Source: the human T2T-CHM13v2.0 reference genome, Homo sapiens. Taken from it: DNA of 64,000 nucleotides. The notes beneath the pieces were generated by a model. The model had not been told where the DNA came from, did no database searches, and worked only from the letters and a program-made list of their open reading frames with translations. The position numbers were made by a program, and so were the translations under genes. Below are positions 10,415-23,211 of this stretch, piece by piece. The stretch's first letter is position 1; the number at the start of each line of letters is the position of its first letter. Location of the stretch: NCBI RefSeq assembly GCF_009914755.1, contig NC_060942.1. One strand, given 5' to 3'.

Positions 10415-11452
10415 TAAATCATTCTCGAGGCACTGAGGTCTCAGAGCCATCTCCGCCCGTGAGAGACCCTGAGGGGGTAACGCAGGCCCCTGGAGTGGAG
10501 CCCAGCAATGGCCTGGAGAAGCCTGCACGGGAGCTGAACGGCAGCGAGGCCGCCACCCCGCGGGACTCACCCCGCCCCGGGAAGCCAGACGAGAGGGACA
10601 TCTGGCCCCCTGCCCAGGCCCCCACCAGCAGCCAAGAGCTGGCAGGCGCTCCTGAGCCCCAGGGATCCTGTGCGCAGGGTGGCCGGGTGGCACCGGGACA
10701 GCGGCCTGCCCAGGGTGCCACGGGCACTGACCTGGACTTTGACTTATCCAGCGACAGCGAGAGCAGCAGTGAGTCCGAGGGCACGAAGTCCTCCTCCTCC
10801 GCCTCTGATGGCGAAAGCGAGGGGAAAAGAGGCCGGCAGAAGCCGAAGGCTGCCCCAGAGGGAGCCGGGGCGCTGGCACAGGGCAGTTCCCTGGAGCCGG
10901 GGCGGCCTGCAGCACCGAGTCTCCCCGGAGAGGCCGAGCCTGGCGCGCATGCCCCGGACAAGGAGCCTGAGCTGGGTGGGCAGGAGGAGGGCGAGCGGGA
11001 TGGCCTCTGCGGCCTGGGCAACGGCTGTGCCGACAGGAAGGAGGCGGAGACCGAGTCACAGAACAGCGAGCTGTCGGGGGTCACTGCGGGTGAGTCCCTG
11101 GACCAGAGCATGGAGGAGGAGGAGGAGGAGGACACGGATGAGGATGACCACCTCATCTACCTGGAGGAGATCCTGGTCCGTGTACACACTGACTACTATG
11201 CCAAGTATGACCGCTACCTCAACAAGGAGATCGAGGAGGCGCCGGACATCCGCAAGATCGTGCCGGAGCTCAAGAGCAAGGTGCTGGCAGACGTGGCCAT
11301 AATTTTCAGTGGGCTACACCCGACAAACTTCCCGATAGAGAAGACGCGGGAGCATTACCACGCCACGGCGCTGGGAGCGAAGATCCTCACTCGGCTGGTG
11401 CTGAGCCCCGACGCCCCTGACAGGGCCACGCACCTGATCGCCGCGCGAGCTG
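10415..11452 (+). CDS. CTDP1: CTDP1 coding exon 8 (1038 nt): disordered/acidic linker, central RAP74-binding segment, N-terminal part of BRCT
   Basis: atttag|TA acceptor, GCTG|gtgagt donor; matches ORF 10399-11607 from VNHSRG through EEEEEEDTDEDDHLIYLEEIL to ATHLIAARA. Confidence 0.97.
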
Positions 11453-12463
11453 GTGAGTGCTGCCTCCCTGTGCCCTGGGCATGGTCAGGCCCGCGGGCTC
11501 CTTGCAGGCACTCCTTAGAGTTGGCATTGCTGTTTATCTCACTTTCAATTTTCAGAAACATTTCCCAGAATCACCATCTTTTAAGAATAGATCATGACAG
11601 TGGGTGAAATTGGAGTTTGGGCACGTTCATGCTTTCAGACCGCAGTCATCGCACACACCATTCAGGGGTGGGAGTTACTCGTGTGTAGAAAGTTCAACCT
11701 TCTCCCTGGAGTAAGCCATGGCCGGGTTGGAAAACAGGGAATCAGCGATAGGGACGTAGTGGAGAAATTCGAGGCAGGAACAGGAGTTCGCAGGTAAAAG
11801 ACTGACAAACCCTCTGAGTTAGAAAACTAAATGCAAGGTTTCAGCTGAAACGTGCACAGAAGGACACGTTGTGGCTGGGAGGGCGGAGGACAGGCCTGCT
11901 GTCTCCCGACGGTGAAACCTGTCCCGGACGGGGCAGGCTGCTCTGACATGTTGAAACTTCCGCCGAATAAAACAACCTTTCAGCAATAGGTGATTCTTGA
12001 AGGAAGACTTAACACCCCGGTGCTTAAAAAACCCAAATACCTCGTTATTCTAGTAATTCTGTGAAAATGCTCCCATAAGCACCTGGATTTTCCGCGAATG
12101 AAGATTGCGGTTTTTCTCCTCCAATCTGCTTCCTGTCCTGGCGGCGTTTCCTGAGAGGGCTTCTCAGTGCGTGGCCCCGCCTCCGGGGCTCAGGAAAGCC
12201 TTGTGGGGTGAGCTCATCCCTGTCCACGCACGCTCCCTGACAGCAGGTGTGGTCTTATTTGAGGCCACGGCTCTGGCACGTATCATGGGGCGTTGGACAC
12301 GCATGTGCTCAGTAAAGCATTTGAATCAAGGGTAAATGGAAGGTTCCATCTCAGTGTGAAATAGCCAGGTGCTAGCTGCAGGGCAGAGGCGGGCTTTCCG
12401 TGGAGCCCAGCGAGACCCTTGATCCCAGGAGAAAGCCAAGCCCTGGCCTCCTGTGGGCAGTCA

Positions 12464-12632
12464 GACCCTTCTCTCCTGAGCGTGGAGCCGGGCCAGGCCG
12501 GGGTCCTCCTTGGCCCCTCAGGTGCCCGTCTGCCCTGCCGCGTGTCTGCCCAGCTCCTGACCCTTCTCTCCTGAGCATGGAGCTGGGCCAGGCCAGGGTC
12601 CTCCTTGGCCCCTCAGGTGCCCGCCTGCCCTG
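12464..12632. repeat. Direct duplication, ~95-bp period
   Basis: gacccttctctcctgagc...tcaggtgcccg at 12464 and 12559. Confidence 0.85.
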
Positions 12633-12878
12633 TCCTGTGAGTGCCCAAGCTCCTGGCCCTTCTCTCGCATTCCTTCTTTCCCCCTGAATTGTGCTCACGT
12701 TTCCTTTTTGCTTCTGTGTACGTGGCCTCACTGTTGAGAGGCTTTGCTGAACACATGCTAAGAGAGGTCCTCCTGCTGCTCAGGTCACCCGCTGTGCCCG
12801 GCTCCCCGTCTGAGATCCACCCCTTCCCACCATGGCTGCCTATCCCTGGCCTGGCAGATGGGAACCTGCAGTGGGCAG

Positions 12879-13412
12879 CCCTGGTGGGGTGCAGCCGGGT
12901 GAGGGCCCTGGTGGGGTGCAGCCGAGTGAGGGCCCTGAGCCCTAGTGGGGTACAGCTGGGTAAAGGCCCTGAGTCCTGGTGGGTACAGCCGGGTGAGGGC
13001 CCTGAGCCCTGGTGGGCTGCAGCCGAGTGAGGGCCCTGAGCCCTGGTGGGGTACAGCTGGGTGAAGGCCCTGAGTCCTGGTGGGTACTGCCAGGTGAGGG
13101 CCCTGGGCCCTGGTGGGGTGTAGCCGGGTGGGGGCCCTGGTGGGGTGCAGCCGAGTGAGGGCCCTGAGCCCTGGTGGGGTACAGCTGGGTGAAGGCCCTG
13201 AGTCCTGGAGAGGTGCAGCCGAGTGAGGGCCTTGGTGGGGTGCAGCCGGGTGAGGGCCCTGGTGGGGTACAGCTGGGTGAGGGCCCTGAGCCCTGGAGGG
13301 GTACAGTCAGGTGAAGGCCCTGGTGGGATGCAGCCGAGTGAGGGCCCTGAGCCCTGGTGGGGTACAGCCAGGTGAGGGCCCTGGTGGGTGCAGCCGGATG
13401 TGGGCCCTGAGC
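12879..13412. repeat. G-rich VNTR, ~27/34-bp units (ccctggtggggtgcagccgagtgagggccctgag)
   Basis: About 17 copies ending ~45 nt upstream of the exon 9 acceptor. Confidence 0.95.
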
Positions 13413-13458
13413 CTCCAGTGCTGGCCGGAACAGCCTGACGCAGCCGGGTCTCCTGCAG

Positions 13459-13600
13459 GCACAGAGAAGGTGCTGCAGGCACAGGAGTGCGGACACCTGC
13501 ACGTGGTCAACCCTGACTGGCTGTGGAGCTGCCTGGAGCGCTGGGACAAGGTGGAGGAGCAGCTCTTCCCGCTCAGGGACGATCACACCAAGGCACAGAG
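13459..13600 (+). CDS. CTDP1: CTDP1 coding exon 9 (142 nt), C-terminal part of BRCT
   Basis: cctgcag|GC acceptor, AGAG|gtgggt donor; GTEKVLQAQECGHLHVVNPDWLWSCLERWDKVEEQLFPL with the BRCT W-x-x-x-C signature. Confidence 0.97.
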
Positions 13601-13733
13601 GTGGGTCCTCGCTGCACCCAGCAGGTCCGTGCCAGGCGTTCCCTTGCTGGACAGCTGTTGGTTCATGCACCTGGGCAGTGCCCCTCATCACCCGGACGCC
13701 CCGCTCATGGCCCTCGTTCTCTTCCTCCGACAG

Positions 13734-13940
13734 GGAGAACAGCCCTGCGGCCTTTCCCGACCGGGAGGGTGTGCCCCCCACCGCCTTGTTCCACCCGATG
13801 CCGGTTCTTCCCAAGGCCCAGCCTGGCCCCGAGGTTCGGATCTACGACTCCAACACGGGGAAGCTCATCAGGACGGGCGCCCGGGGGCCCCCAGCACCCT
13901 CCAGCTCCCTACCCATCCGCCAGGAGCCCTCTTCCTTCAG
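13734..13940 (+). CDS. CTDP1: CTDP1 coding exon 10 (207 nt)
   Basis: ctccgacag|G acceptor, TTCAG|gtacgt donor; ENSPAAFPDREG...PEVRIYDSNTGKLIRTG...QEPSSF. Confidence 0.95.
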
Positions 13941-15394
13941 GTACGTGGCGGCCCAGCCACTGTCCCCAGCTAATGAGGGCTCTTCAAGCTTGCTGCTCCA
14001 GTCTGTTGGGGGGATGGCGTCAGTTGCCCGAAGTGAGGGCGGGTGGAGGCTGCAGACGGTGACTCCTGCTTCCACCTTGTGGGAGCGCCGCCCCCGCTTG
14101 CAGTCTTGGGTCCTTTTGTTTTTCTCTCCTGTCTTGGGTCCCAAAACTAAAACAAAACCCCGACCATCAGCTTCTCAGATGTTGTCCAGGCACCCGCATG
14201 TGCCCACCTGTGGCCGCCCCGCAGAGCACTCGGTCCTGGGAACACTCAGCAGAGAACGAGCAGAGCCGGGCTGGTTCTGAGCCCCCCGCCCCACTCGCCT
14301 CACCATCTGCTCTCCGCCGGCTCCACGTTTGCTGCTCTGCCAACCCCAGGCTGCCCTCTTCGTTTCCACACAGAGCAGATGCAGGGGTTGGTGGCAGTGG
14401 CGGCTGGTAAACAGCACTGTGAGGAAGGGAAACTTGATTGGACTGGAAGGCGTTGGTAGCCGGGATCTGTGCTGCCCTGGAGTGGGGAGATTGCAGGCCC
14501 CGAGGGATGCTTCCTGAGCATGTGGCCTCTGTGCCTGTTTGCCCGCGTGGACCCGAGATCAGCCCTCAGCCTAAGGTTGTGGCCCCTGGAGACCCCATGT
14601 AAATGGCTGTGGGACATTGTTGGAGATTTAAGTGAGGAGTCTTTGTTTGTACCGTGGTTGTTGCTTTGAAATTCAACCAAAAGTTCAACTCAATTAAACT
14701 TGACCCAGGCAAGGAGCACCCACCAAGACCTGGTGTGCGTTTGCCCCTGGAAGCCGTCTGACAGGTCACAACACCTCAGATCCTGTGACGGGTACAGAAT
14801 GCAGGCTGCTAGAGGGAGACGGGTGCTCACGGTTAATGGGGAGATGGAGAGGTACGGCTTGATGTCCTTTTCGAGCCTTTGCAGGATCCAGCACTGTCCC
14901 TGCGTGGGGATGCTGAGGCCTGGAGTGCACGGCCCTCCCAAGTCAGGAGCAGGGGTGGCCAGGGCGTGGCCTTCGCACAGTGGGTGGCAGCTCCCGAACC
15001 TGGGTGGACAGGTGAGAAGGCCCCGCCAGGCACCGCGGCAAAGCCCAGCCGGCTTTCGGGAGAGGCCGCTCCCTCTGGAAACGCGCTCTAGTTCCTCCCC
15101 GGTTTTCTGTTTCATAGATTGTGTTTTGTCTTTTACGATTCTGGAGAGCAGCGTGTGCCCCTCTCGGCTGATTTCACGGCCCTTGAGGTCATGGTGGAGA
15201 GTGTTGCTAAGAGGAGGAGTCGGGTCGGGTGACTGGGATGTGGGCAGGTGCAGGGTGGCTGCGGGCAGCTGGGCCGGTGCGGGTGGCTTCCCGTGCGGCA
15301 GCCTGGCGACGCTCTGGGACCTAGGGGGTGGGGGGTTTGGGATGAATCTGAGGTCCTCCATTCTGATGACAGGGAAGAGGATCCCCAGCCACAG

Positions 15395-16545
15395 AGATGA
15401 TGTCATCCCTGATGGATAGGAAGGTGTCCTCGTGATGATGTCACCTCCCGTTGTTAGGAAGGCATCCTGGTGATGTCACCTCCAGTTGTTAGGAAGGTGT
15501 CCTGGTGATGTCACTTCCCATTAGGAAGGCGTCCTGGTGATGATGTCACCTCCCATTAGGAAGGCGTCCTGGTGTTGATGTCACCTCCCATCATTAGGAA
15601 AGCGTCCTGGTGATGATGTCACCTCCCATTAGGAAGGCGTCCTGGTGATGATGTCACCTCCCATCGTGTCCTGGTGATGCTGTCACCTCCCATCATTAGG
15701 AAGGCATCCTGGTGATGATGTCACCTCCCATTGTGTCCTGGTGATGATGTCATCTCCTGCTGTTAGGAAGGCGTCCTGGTGATGCTGTCACCTCCCATTA
15801 GGAAGGTGTCCTGGTGATGATGTCACCTCCCATCGTGTCCTGGTGATGATGTCACCTCCCATCATTAGGAAGGCATCCTGGTGATGATGTCACCTCCCAT
15901 TGTGTCCTGGTGACGATGTCATCTCCTGTCGTTAGGAAGGCGTCCTGGTGATGCTGTCACCTCCCATTAGGAAGGCGTCCTGGTGATGATGTCACCTCCC
16001 ATCGTGTCCTGGTGATGATGTCACCTCCCATCATTAGGAAGGCATCCTGGTGATGATGTCACCTCCCACTGTGTCCTGGTGATGATGTCACCTGTTGTGT
16101 CCTGGTGACGATGTCATCTCCTGTCGTTAGGAAGGCGTCCTGGTGATGCTGTCACCTCCCATTGTGTCCTGGTGATGTCACCTCCCATCATTAGGAGGGC
16201 ATCCTGGTGATGATGTCACCTCCCGTCATTAGGAGGGCGTCCTGGTGATGATGTCACCTCCTATTGTGTCCTGGTGATGCTGTCACCTCCCGTCATTAGG
16301 AAGGCGTCCTGGTGATGATGTCACCTCCCATCGTGTCCTGGTGATGCTGTCACCTCCTGTCATTAGGAGGGCGTCCTCGTGATGATGTCACCTCCCATCG
16401 TGTCCTAGTGATGATGTCACCGCCCGTCATTAGCGCATCCTGGTGATGATGTCACCTCCCATCGTGTCCTGGTGATGTCACTTCCCATCGTGTTCTGGTG
16501 ACGATGTCATCTCCTGTTAAGGCATCCTCGTGGTGATGTCGTTTC
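15395..16545. repeat. VNTR, ~28-38-bp units (cctggtgatgatgtcacctcccatcattaggaaggcgt)
   Basis: About 30 copies, long and short unit variants interleaved. Confidence 0.95.
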
Positions 16546-16624
16546 AGGTCTTTAGAAGGGCTTCCTGTTGCGGGCTGGTTGGGTTTTTAATACAAGGTGT
16601 CTTTCCAACACTGCTTCTCTAGCT

Positions 16625-16970
16625 CTTCGAGGCCAGCAGGTGCCTAAAGTTCAGTTTGTTTCTGACGCTGACGACCCACGGTTGTCATCAGGCCTTGAGT
16701 CTAGGGGCTCAGTCCCACCAGGCTGCCCTCATCTCGGACCCCCAGGCCACCTCACTGTCCAGCTTGGCCACAGTGTTGGGGGTCCCCACACACAGACTTG
16801 TGCAGTTTTGATAATCTGCTGAATCGGCTCACAAAATTCTGGAAAACGTTTCACTCAGCAATACCAGTTTATTTTAAAGGCTCAAGAACAGCCGAATGAG
16901 GGGGCGCCTGGGGCAGGGTCCAGAAGGGCCCTGAGCATGGCACGTGCCCTCTGGAAGCTCTCCGTCCTTT
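16625..16970. mobile_element. MER21-like LTR fragment
   Basis: ggggctcagtcccac, gctgaatcggctcacaaaattctggaaaac, ataccagtttattttaaagg resemble the MER21 consensus. Confidence 0.55.
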
Positions 16971-17506
16971 CATCTGTGGCGAAGGCATAGCTGATCCCAC
17001 ACGCTGCCCACTTGCTCCTGCGAAGCCTCCTACCCTGGAGCCGCTCAGGCCCAGCCCACAGCCACTCTCACCACTGCGGTGATCCCAGGGACTGGGAACA
17101 GGTCTCTTTCTGTAACACCAGGGCTTAGTGCTTTGGTGCTACTCTTACTTCTTTATTTGACTTAATTAATTCCAACTCTCCAGCCAGTTGACAAAGCTCC
17201 TGGACACTTCTGAGAACAGCAGGGCGGAACCTGGCCTATGGGATTGCTGTGGGCCAGTCAGTGAACGGGCCAGCACCACCTAGAGCAGAAGGATGTGGAG
17301 ACCCCCCGTCTAGGAAGTCAGGGACTGTTCTGTACTGTCATTCTAATCAGTAGAAGCACGATGGCAGGACAGATACGTGCACTGAAGTGATACTGCTGAG
17401 ATTTGGTTTCGAAATTATGTGATAATTTAAAGCAGCCACACGATCAGTACTGCGAACAGCACCTGTTCTTTAGATGCTGCTTTTCATACTGTTGAATAAA
17501 ATATCC

Positions 17507-17656
17507 AGGGGGGTGGCTCGCACTGTAGTCCCAGTGCTTTGGGAGGTGGACCCGCAAGGATCTCTCGAGCTCAGGAGTTCAAGGCTGCAGTGAGCTGTGA
17601 TCGCACCCCTGCGCTTCATCCTGGGCCACAGGGTGAGAGCCTGTCTCAAAAAAAAA
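17507..17656 (+). mobile_element. Alu monomer (FRAM-like)
   Basis: ctgtagtcccag...gagttcaaggctgcagtgagctgtgatcgc...gtctcaaaaaaa. Confidence 0.8.
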
Positions 17657-17695
17657 TTTTTCTTAATAATTTAAAATAAAATCACAAACCTTTGA

Positions 17696-17953
<258 letters not shown>

Positions 17954-19479
17954 TTGTCTTAAACTACATAAAGTGGTTAAAGATTAGATACAAAACTGGT
18001 GTTTTAATAATTCAGCCTTGCTTGAAGTGAGCTAGGAATTTCTAAGATCAATGAGAAAAAAATAATTGTTATCTGAAAACAGATTTGCAGATGGTAAGCT
18101 GGATTTGAATGAAGTCAAACACTTTTACTTGAATGACACTAATAACATGGCAGCCGATAACTGTGTATGTGTGTTCTGAAATGTGTATAATTTACGTGAA
18201 CAGCAGCAGTTCAGTTTCGAATGGCACGTCATAAACAACTGTTTAGCTGTGCCTTCCGTGAGGAAGATGCACGCTGGGCTGTAGTTCATTTGAATAAGTC
18301 GACTTTTGATGAAATTTTCTTCTGTTTTTAATGTGAAAGTGTAATTTGCACCAAAATATCAATATTACTTCAGTTAATACCAGCTCATTTATACGAAAGG
18401 ATGTTAATGTGATTTGTTAGGTTGCGATAATCGTCAGTTTGGTGGCGGGAAGCAGCGTTGTTGTGGCTGCAGCAGCGGGCCCCCTGGTCTGGGTGATTGC
18501 AGGCTGGATGCATCTTTGTCACGTTAAGGAAATGTCTCTCCCTTCACTTGTACGTGTTGGAAACTGAGTTCTCCTAAAATGAGCCTGGGTTCTGCTTTTT
18601 GATAGTTTTCAAAATTGATGAAACGACCTACTTACATCAGAAAAAAGGAATCCCTGTTTGAATGTCTCCCTCCCCAGGCTAGACATAGTGCTGGAAGTCT
18701 GAGGAAACGGGACCAGCCGGCAGGAGTTCTGCGGGGCCTTCGTGCTGCGGTGAGGACCTGGGCCTGTGTGGATTGGCCACGCCTCTGGTCCCACCCTCCC
18801 TTTTCTCCGTAGGCCTCCATCTTGGAGGAACAGTAGAGTGTTTTCTTCTGGTTTAATCCAAGAGTCCCCCCTGCTTGTCTGAGTTCATGTGGCGCCTGCC
18901 CAGTTCCCTGCACTAAATAGACCTGTGTCCGCAATGCCACTCCACGTGTGGACCCCTAGTGCCTGCAGGACCACTCCACCTGTATAAACGGGTCCAGCGT
19001 GGTCTCCTGCAGCCACCCTCACACGCTTGCAACAGCACTGGTGCCCTGCAGCCCAGTTCCCCCATGGCACTCCTGTCTCACGGAGGGTCCCACACCTGAG
19101 CAGCCCCAGGCCTCATCTGTCACGGGCATTGGTTGCCCGATTCCCCCATGGCATCCCGTCTCACAGTGGGTCCCGTGCCTGAGTGGCCCCAGGCCTCATA
19201 TGTTGTGTGCATTGGTTGTGCTGCTGTGGAGGTGGCCCCGTCTCCCCACCCTCCTGAGAGTGGTGGTTCCTCATTCTGTTCTCGGAACCCCGTGCAGACC
19301 CCATTGTGACAGGACGCTTGGCAGTGAGGGCAGTTGGCCCTTCGTCCCTGGACTGGTCCTCATCTAAGTCTTTGAACGTTGTACGTTTTTTCTAATTCTG
19401 GCTTTGACCTTTTTGGTGCTGGGCTGGCAGGCTGGCTCACTGGGGACCTGGGGGTGAGTGGGAACATTCAGTTTTTTGG

Positions 19480-22400
19480 TTAGACTTTTTGAGATATTTG
19501 TAGATATATATGCAGTGATAATGCAGAGAGGCCCTTTGGACCCTTTATCCTGTTTCCCCTGTGGTTGCCTCTTGTGAAAGTGGGGAACAGGCTCACCACT
19601 AGGACCCACACAGACTCATCCAGACACAGAACCCTCACACCAGCTCCCCTGCGGCCCTTCATGGCCTCAGCCGCTTCCCCTTCCCTGACCCTTGGCCCTC
19701 CACCTGCTGTCCCTCCCTGCACCGCGCCCTCTCCGGAGTGCTGTGTACGGCAAGTCGGCAACCTTCTGGAGTTGGCCCTCCTCCCTCAGCCAGTTCCTGG
19801 AGCACCTCTGTGCCCCTCATTCATGTCCTTCTCTTGCGGAGCCGGGTCTCATGGTGTGTGGTGGAGCCAACTGTGGTTTCACCGTTCACCCTTTGAGGGA
19901 TATTTGGGTTGTTTCCAGCCTTTGCTCTAAATGTTTGCACAGGTTGAGCCTCTCATCCGAAAATCCAAAATTGGGAATGCTCCAAGGTTCGCATCTTTCT
20001 GAGCACGAAGATTCGCACCTTTCTGAGCACTGACGTGGCCCTGGAAGGAAGTGCTCATCAGAGCATTCGGATTTGGGGTCACCGGTTGCAGATGCTCAGC
20101 CCGTAAGTGTAACACAGATATTTCAAAATTCAAAAATCCAAAATCGGAAACACTTTTGGTCTCAAGCATGTTGGATATGGGATGCTTAACCTATCTAAGT
20201 TTTTATTTCTTTGGGATAAATGTCCAGTGGTAGATACAGTTGCTAAATTGGATGGTGAGTGTGTGTTTAGCTTTTTAAAGAAACTGCCAGACCTTTTTCT
20301 GGAATACCTGCATCATCATTTCATGTTTTCAGCAGCGGTGAGTGACCCAGGTGGCGTGGCCAGTGCTGTTTATTGCAGCCATTCTGATAGGTGTGTCCTG
20401 AGCTGGTTGTGGCTGTAACCTGCATTTCCGTGGTGAATAATTACGCATCACTCCTGTGTTTGTTCCATCTGCTAGTCCTTGGTTGGATGTGTGGCTTACA
20501 AATCCTTTCCTCCCAGTCAGCAACTTGAGTTTTCATCCTCTAGAGGGTCTTTGGCAGAGCAAAAGTTATTAATTTTCACGAGATTCTATTTATCACTTCT
20601 TTCTTTTAGGAATCGTGCTTTTGCTGTGAAGTTAACTAGTAGCCCAGTCCCAGATCCCAGAGATTTTCTTGATGTTTTATCCTAAAAGTTCTATAGTCTT
20701 TCATGCGACACCTCAGCCCCAGATGCTCTTGAGGGTGGTTTTCTGGCCCCAGCCGCATTGTCGCCGGCGCCGTCCTCCCTCCATGGCTGCTTCTGCCGCA
20801 GCGTCTCGAGGGCACTCAGGTGCACCTGTGTGGTCTGTTTCTGGGTTTTCTGCCCGTAGATGCCCTTGATCAAGTTGGATTTCCTGTTTTCTGTGAGTTG
20901 TTATCACCAGTGGGTGTTGAATTTTTTAGGAGTTTGTTGATTGATATGATGGTGTGTGTGGTTTTTCTTCTTTTGCCTGTCAGTATGTGGTGGTCACATT
21001 GACTGATTTTTGGACATGAAAACAACCTTGCACCCCAGAAACAATTCCCGTTGGTTGTGGTATATAGTAACCTTGATGCGCTTCTGTGAAGTGTCTTTAT
21101 GTTGACGTTGAGGGGCCTGTGGGGCTGCACTTGTCACGTTGTGTGCCGTCTGCCCCCAGGTTTGCTGTGGCTCCTGTGATGAGGTGGGAAGCGCCCCACC
21201 CTCCAGCATCACTGGTGAGACTGCGGACTTGCCCCTTCCTTTCACATATTCGGGAGAATTCTCCAGTGAGACCGTCTGGTCCTGGAGATTTTATTTTTGC
21301 AAGGTTTAAAATTTCATATTCATTTTCCTTAACAGTTACAGGGCTTTTCACAGGACCTGCTGCGTTTGGGTGAGTTGTGGTTGTGTTTTTGAAGGAATTG
21401 CTCCGCTTACCTTCTCTATTTTTTTTTTGTTTGTTTTTCAGCCTCCTTATTTCGTACTTTCCTTCTGCTTGCTTTGGGATTATTTCTTATGACTTTTGTT
21501 TTGACAGTCAAGTGTGGTCTAGAGAACTCGAGCGGAGTCTCCGGTGCTTGCCCGGATTCCTGCTTCCGTCCTCACGGGAGGTTCCCTCGGGGTCCCTTCC
21601 CTCCCGACCTGACCTGGAGTGTCCATCATGCTCTCGGAGCAGGCCTGGGCCCTCTCCAGTCCCTCCCTTGCTGGGGGACGTTTTCACAGGACAAGACTCT
21701 GGGTTGATCTTCCTTTTTCTCGGGGCCTGAAAAACATCCGGCTTCCTTCTGGGCTCCGTGGTTCTGATGAGTGATCTTCTGTCTTTGACCGTTTTTCCTG
21801 TAGGTAAGCTGTGTTTTCTCTTTCACTGCCTTCCAGGTTTTTCTCTGTCTTTAGCTGAGGTTTGATGACGAGGTGTCCTGGTGTAGATTTGGAGGGTTTA
21901 CCTTGTTTATGTTTGACTCTGCTTTTTGAGTTGGAAGGTTTATGTCTTTTGACGTCTTTGGGACATTTCCAGCCATTGCTTTTCAGGGCCATCTCTGCCA
22001 TGCTGGGACAGCAGGGACACGGATGCTGAGGCTTTTTGTATCTCGTGCGTCTCTAAGCTGTGTTCTTTTTCCTGTTCAGCTCGTTTTCTCTGTTGTCCAG
22101 GTTGGGTGACTTCTGTTAGATTTTCGGGTTCACAGCCTTCCTCTGTCTCCTTCATTTGTTGCTAGTCTGTCCAGGACATTTTTTGGTTTTAGTTTTTATT
22201 TTCTGTTTATAAAATGTCTGTATCTTCTATTTCTTTGCCAATCCTTTCTGTGTTTTTCAGTTGTTTCAAGCATACTTGCAATTGCCTCTTGAAGCATTTT
22301 TATCATGGATGCTATAAAATCATTGTGAATTTTAGCATCTCTGCCCTCTCAGCTTGGCCCTTGTTGATTGTCCTTTTCTCCATAGTTTGAGATCTTCCTG

Positions 22401-22620
22401 GTTCTTGCTGTGGCAAGTGATACTGGATTGAAACCTGGACCTGTCACATCATGTTAGGAGACTCTGGATCTTATTTAAACCTTCTCCCATCACTGATTTT
22501 TTTTTTTGGGCCATGCTCCAGCAGCAGGAGTGGAGGCCCCCTTGTTCCTGCCATTTGGGATAGGAGTCCAGTTCCCCACACGGCCTCTTTTTGATGCCTG
22601 AGAGTGGGGGATGGAGGTGA
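19480..22620 (-). mobile_element. Patchwork of old antisense L1M fragments (interrupted by a Tigger MITE); boundaries approximate
   Basis: e.g. minus-strand KSPGPDGLTGEF (L1 ORF2 KSPGPDGFTAEF) near 21250-21290; L1 3'-end and ORF1-like sequence around it. Confidence 0.6.
19940..20193 (+). mobile_element. Tigger4a/MER46-like MITE
   Basis: caggttgagc...aaaatccaaaa...ttggatatgggatgcttaacct termini. Confidence 0.8.
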
Positions 22621-22624
22621 CGAG

Positions 22625-23025
22625 GCCATTGCTGGTGGACGGCTGTGGGGGATGGGGGTGACACCATTGTTGGTGGACGGCTGTGGGGGAAGGGGGTGAC
22701 GCTGTTGCTGGTGGACGGCTGTGGGGGATGGGGGTGACGCCATTGCTGGTGGACGGCTGTGGGGGAAGGGGGTGACGCTGTTGCTGGTGGACTGCTGTGG
22801 GGGTGGGGTGACGCCGTTGCTGGTGGACGTCTGTGGGGTATGGGGTTGATGCCGTTGCTGGTGGACTGCTGTGGGGGTGGGGTGACGCCGTTGCTGGTGG
22901 ACGTCTGTGGGGTATGGGGTTGATGCCGTTGCTGGTGGACTGCTGTGGGGGTGGGGTGACGCCGTTGCTGGTGGACAGCTGTGGGGTATGGGGGTGACGC
23001 CCTTGCTGGTGGACGGCTGTGGGGG
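22625..23025. repeat. G-rich VNTR, 36/38-bp unit containing GCTGGTGG, 11 copies
   Basis: Units start at 22631, 22669, 22707, 22745, 22783, 22819, 22857, 22893, 22931, 22967, 23005. Confidence 0.95.
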
Positions 23026-23211
23026 CTGGTGAGAATCCTGACCTTCCCGCGTGGGTGTGTGGGGCCTCATTGCTGCCGGTGGGGTTGGATGTCAGGCTCC
23101 TCCATGGCCTTCTCTGAGACCCCAGAGGTGGGGTGTTTGGCGGGAGTAGAGCAGTTATCATAGGTTTTTAACATTTAGTTGAAACATTTAATTCAGTTTA
23201 AAATAACAGTG

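Noticed and set aside
10376-11302. Antisense ORFs (227 and 245 aa) and an alternative-frame 210-aa ORF over exon 8
   Set aside because: Shadow ORFs expected from GC-rich coding sequence; no recognisable domain.
12613-13814. 289- and 290-aa Pro-rich minus-strand ORFs
   Set aside because: Derived from the G-rich VNTR and the antisense of exons 9-10.
15395-16545. Repeated GTGATGA (box C) suggesting a snoRNA cluster, or a CRISPR-like palindromic array
   Set aside because: No matching box D (CTGA) in the units, no unique spacers, no cas genes; human minisatellite.
22471-23161. Mucin-like Pro/Thr/Ser ORFs on the minus strand
   Set aside because: VNTR translation with frame-shifting unit lengths; no signal peptide or splice structure.
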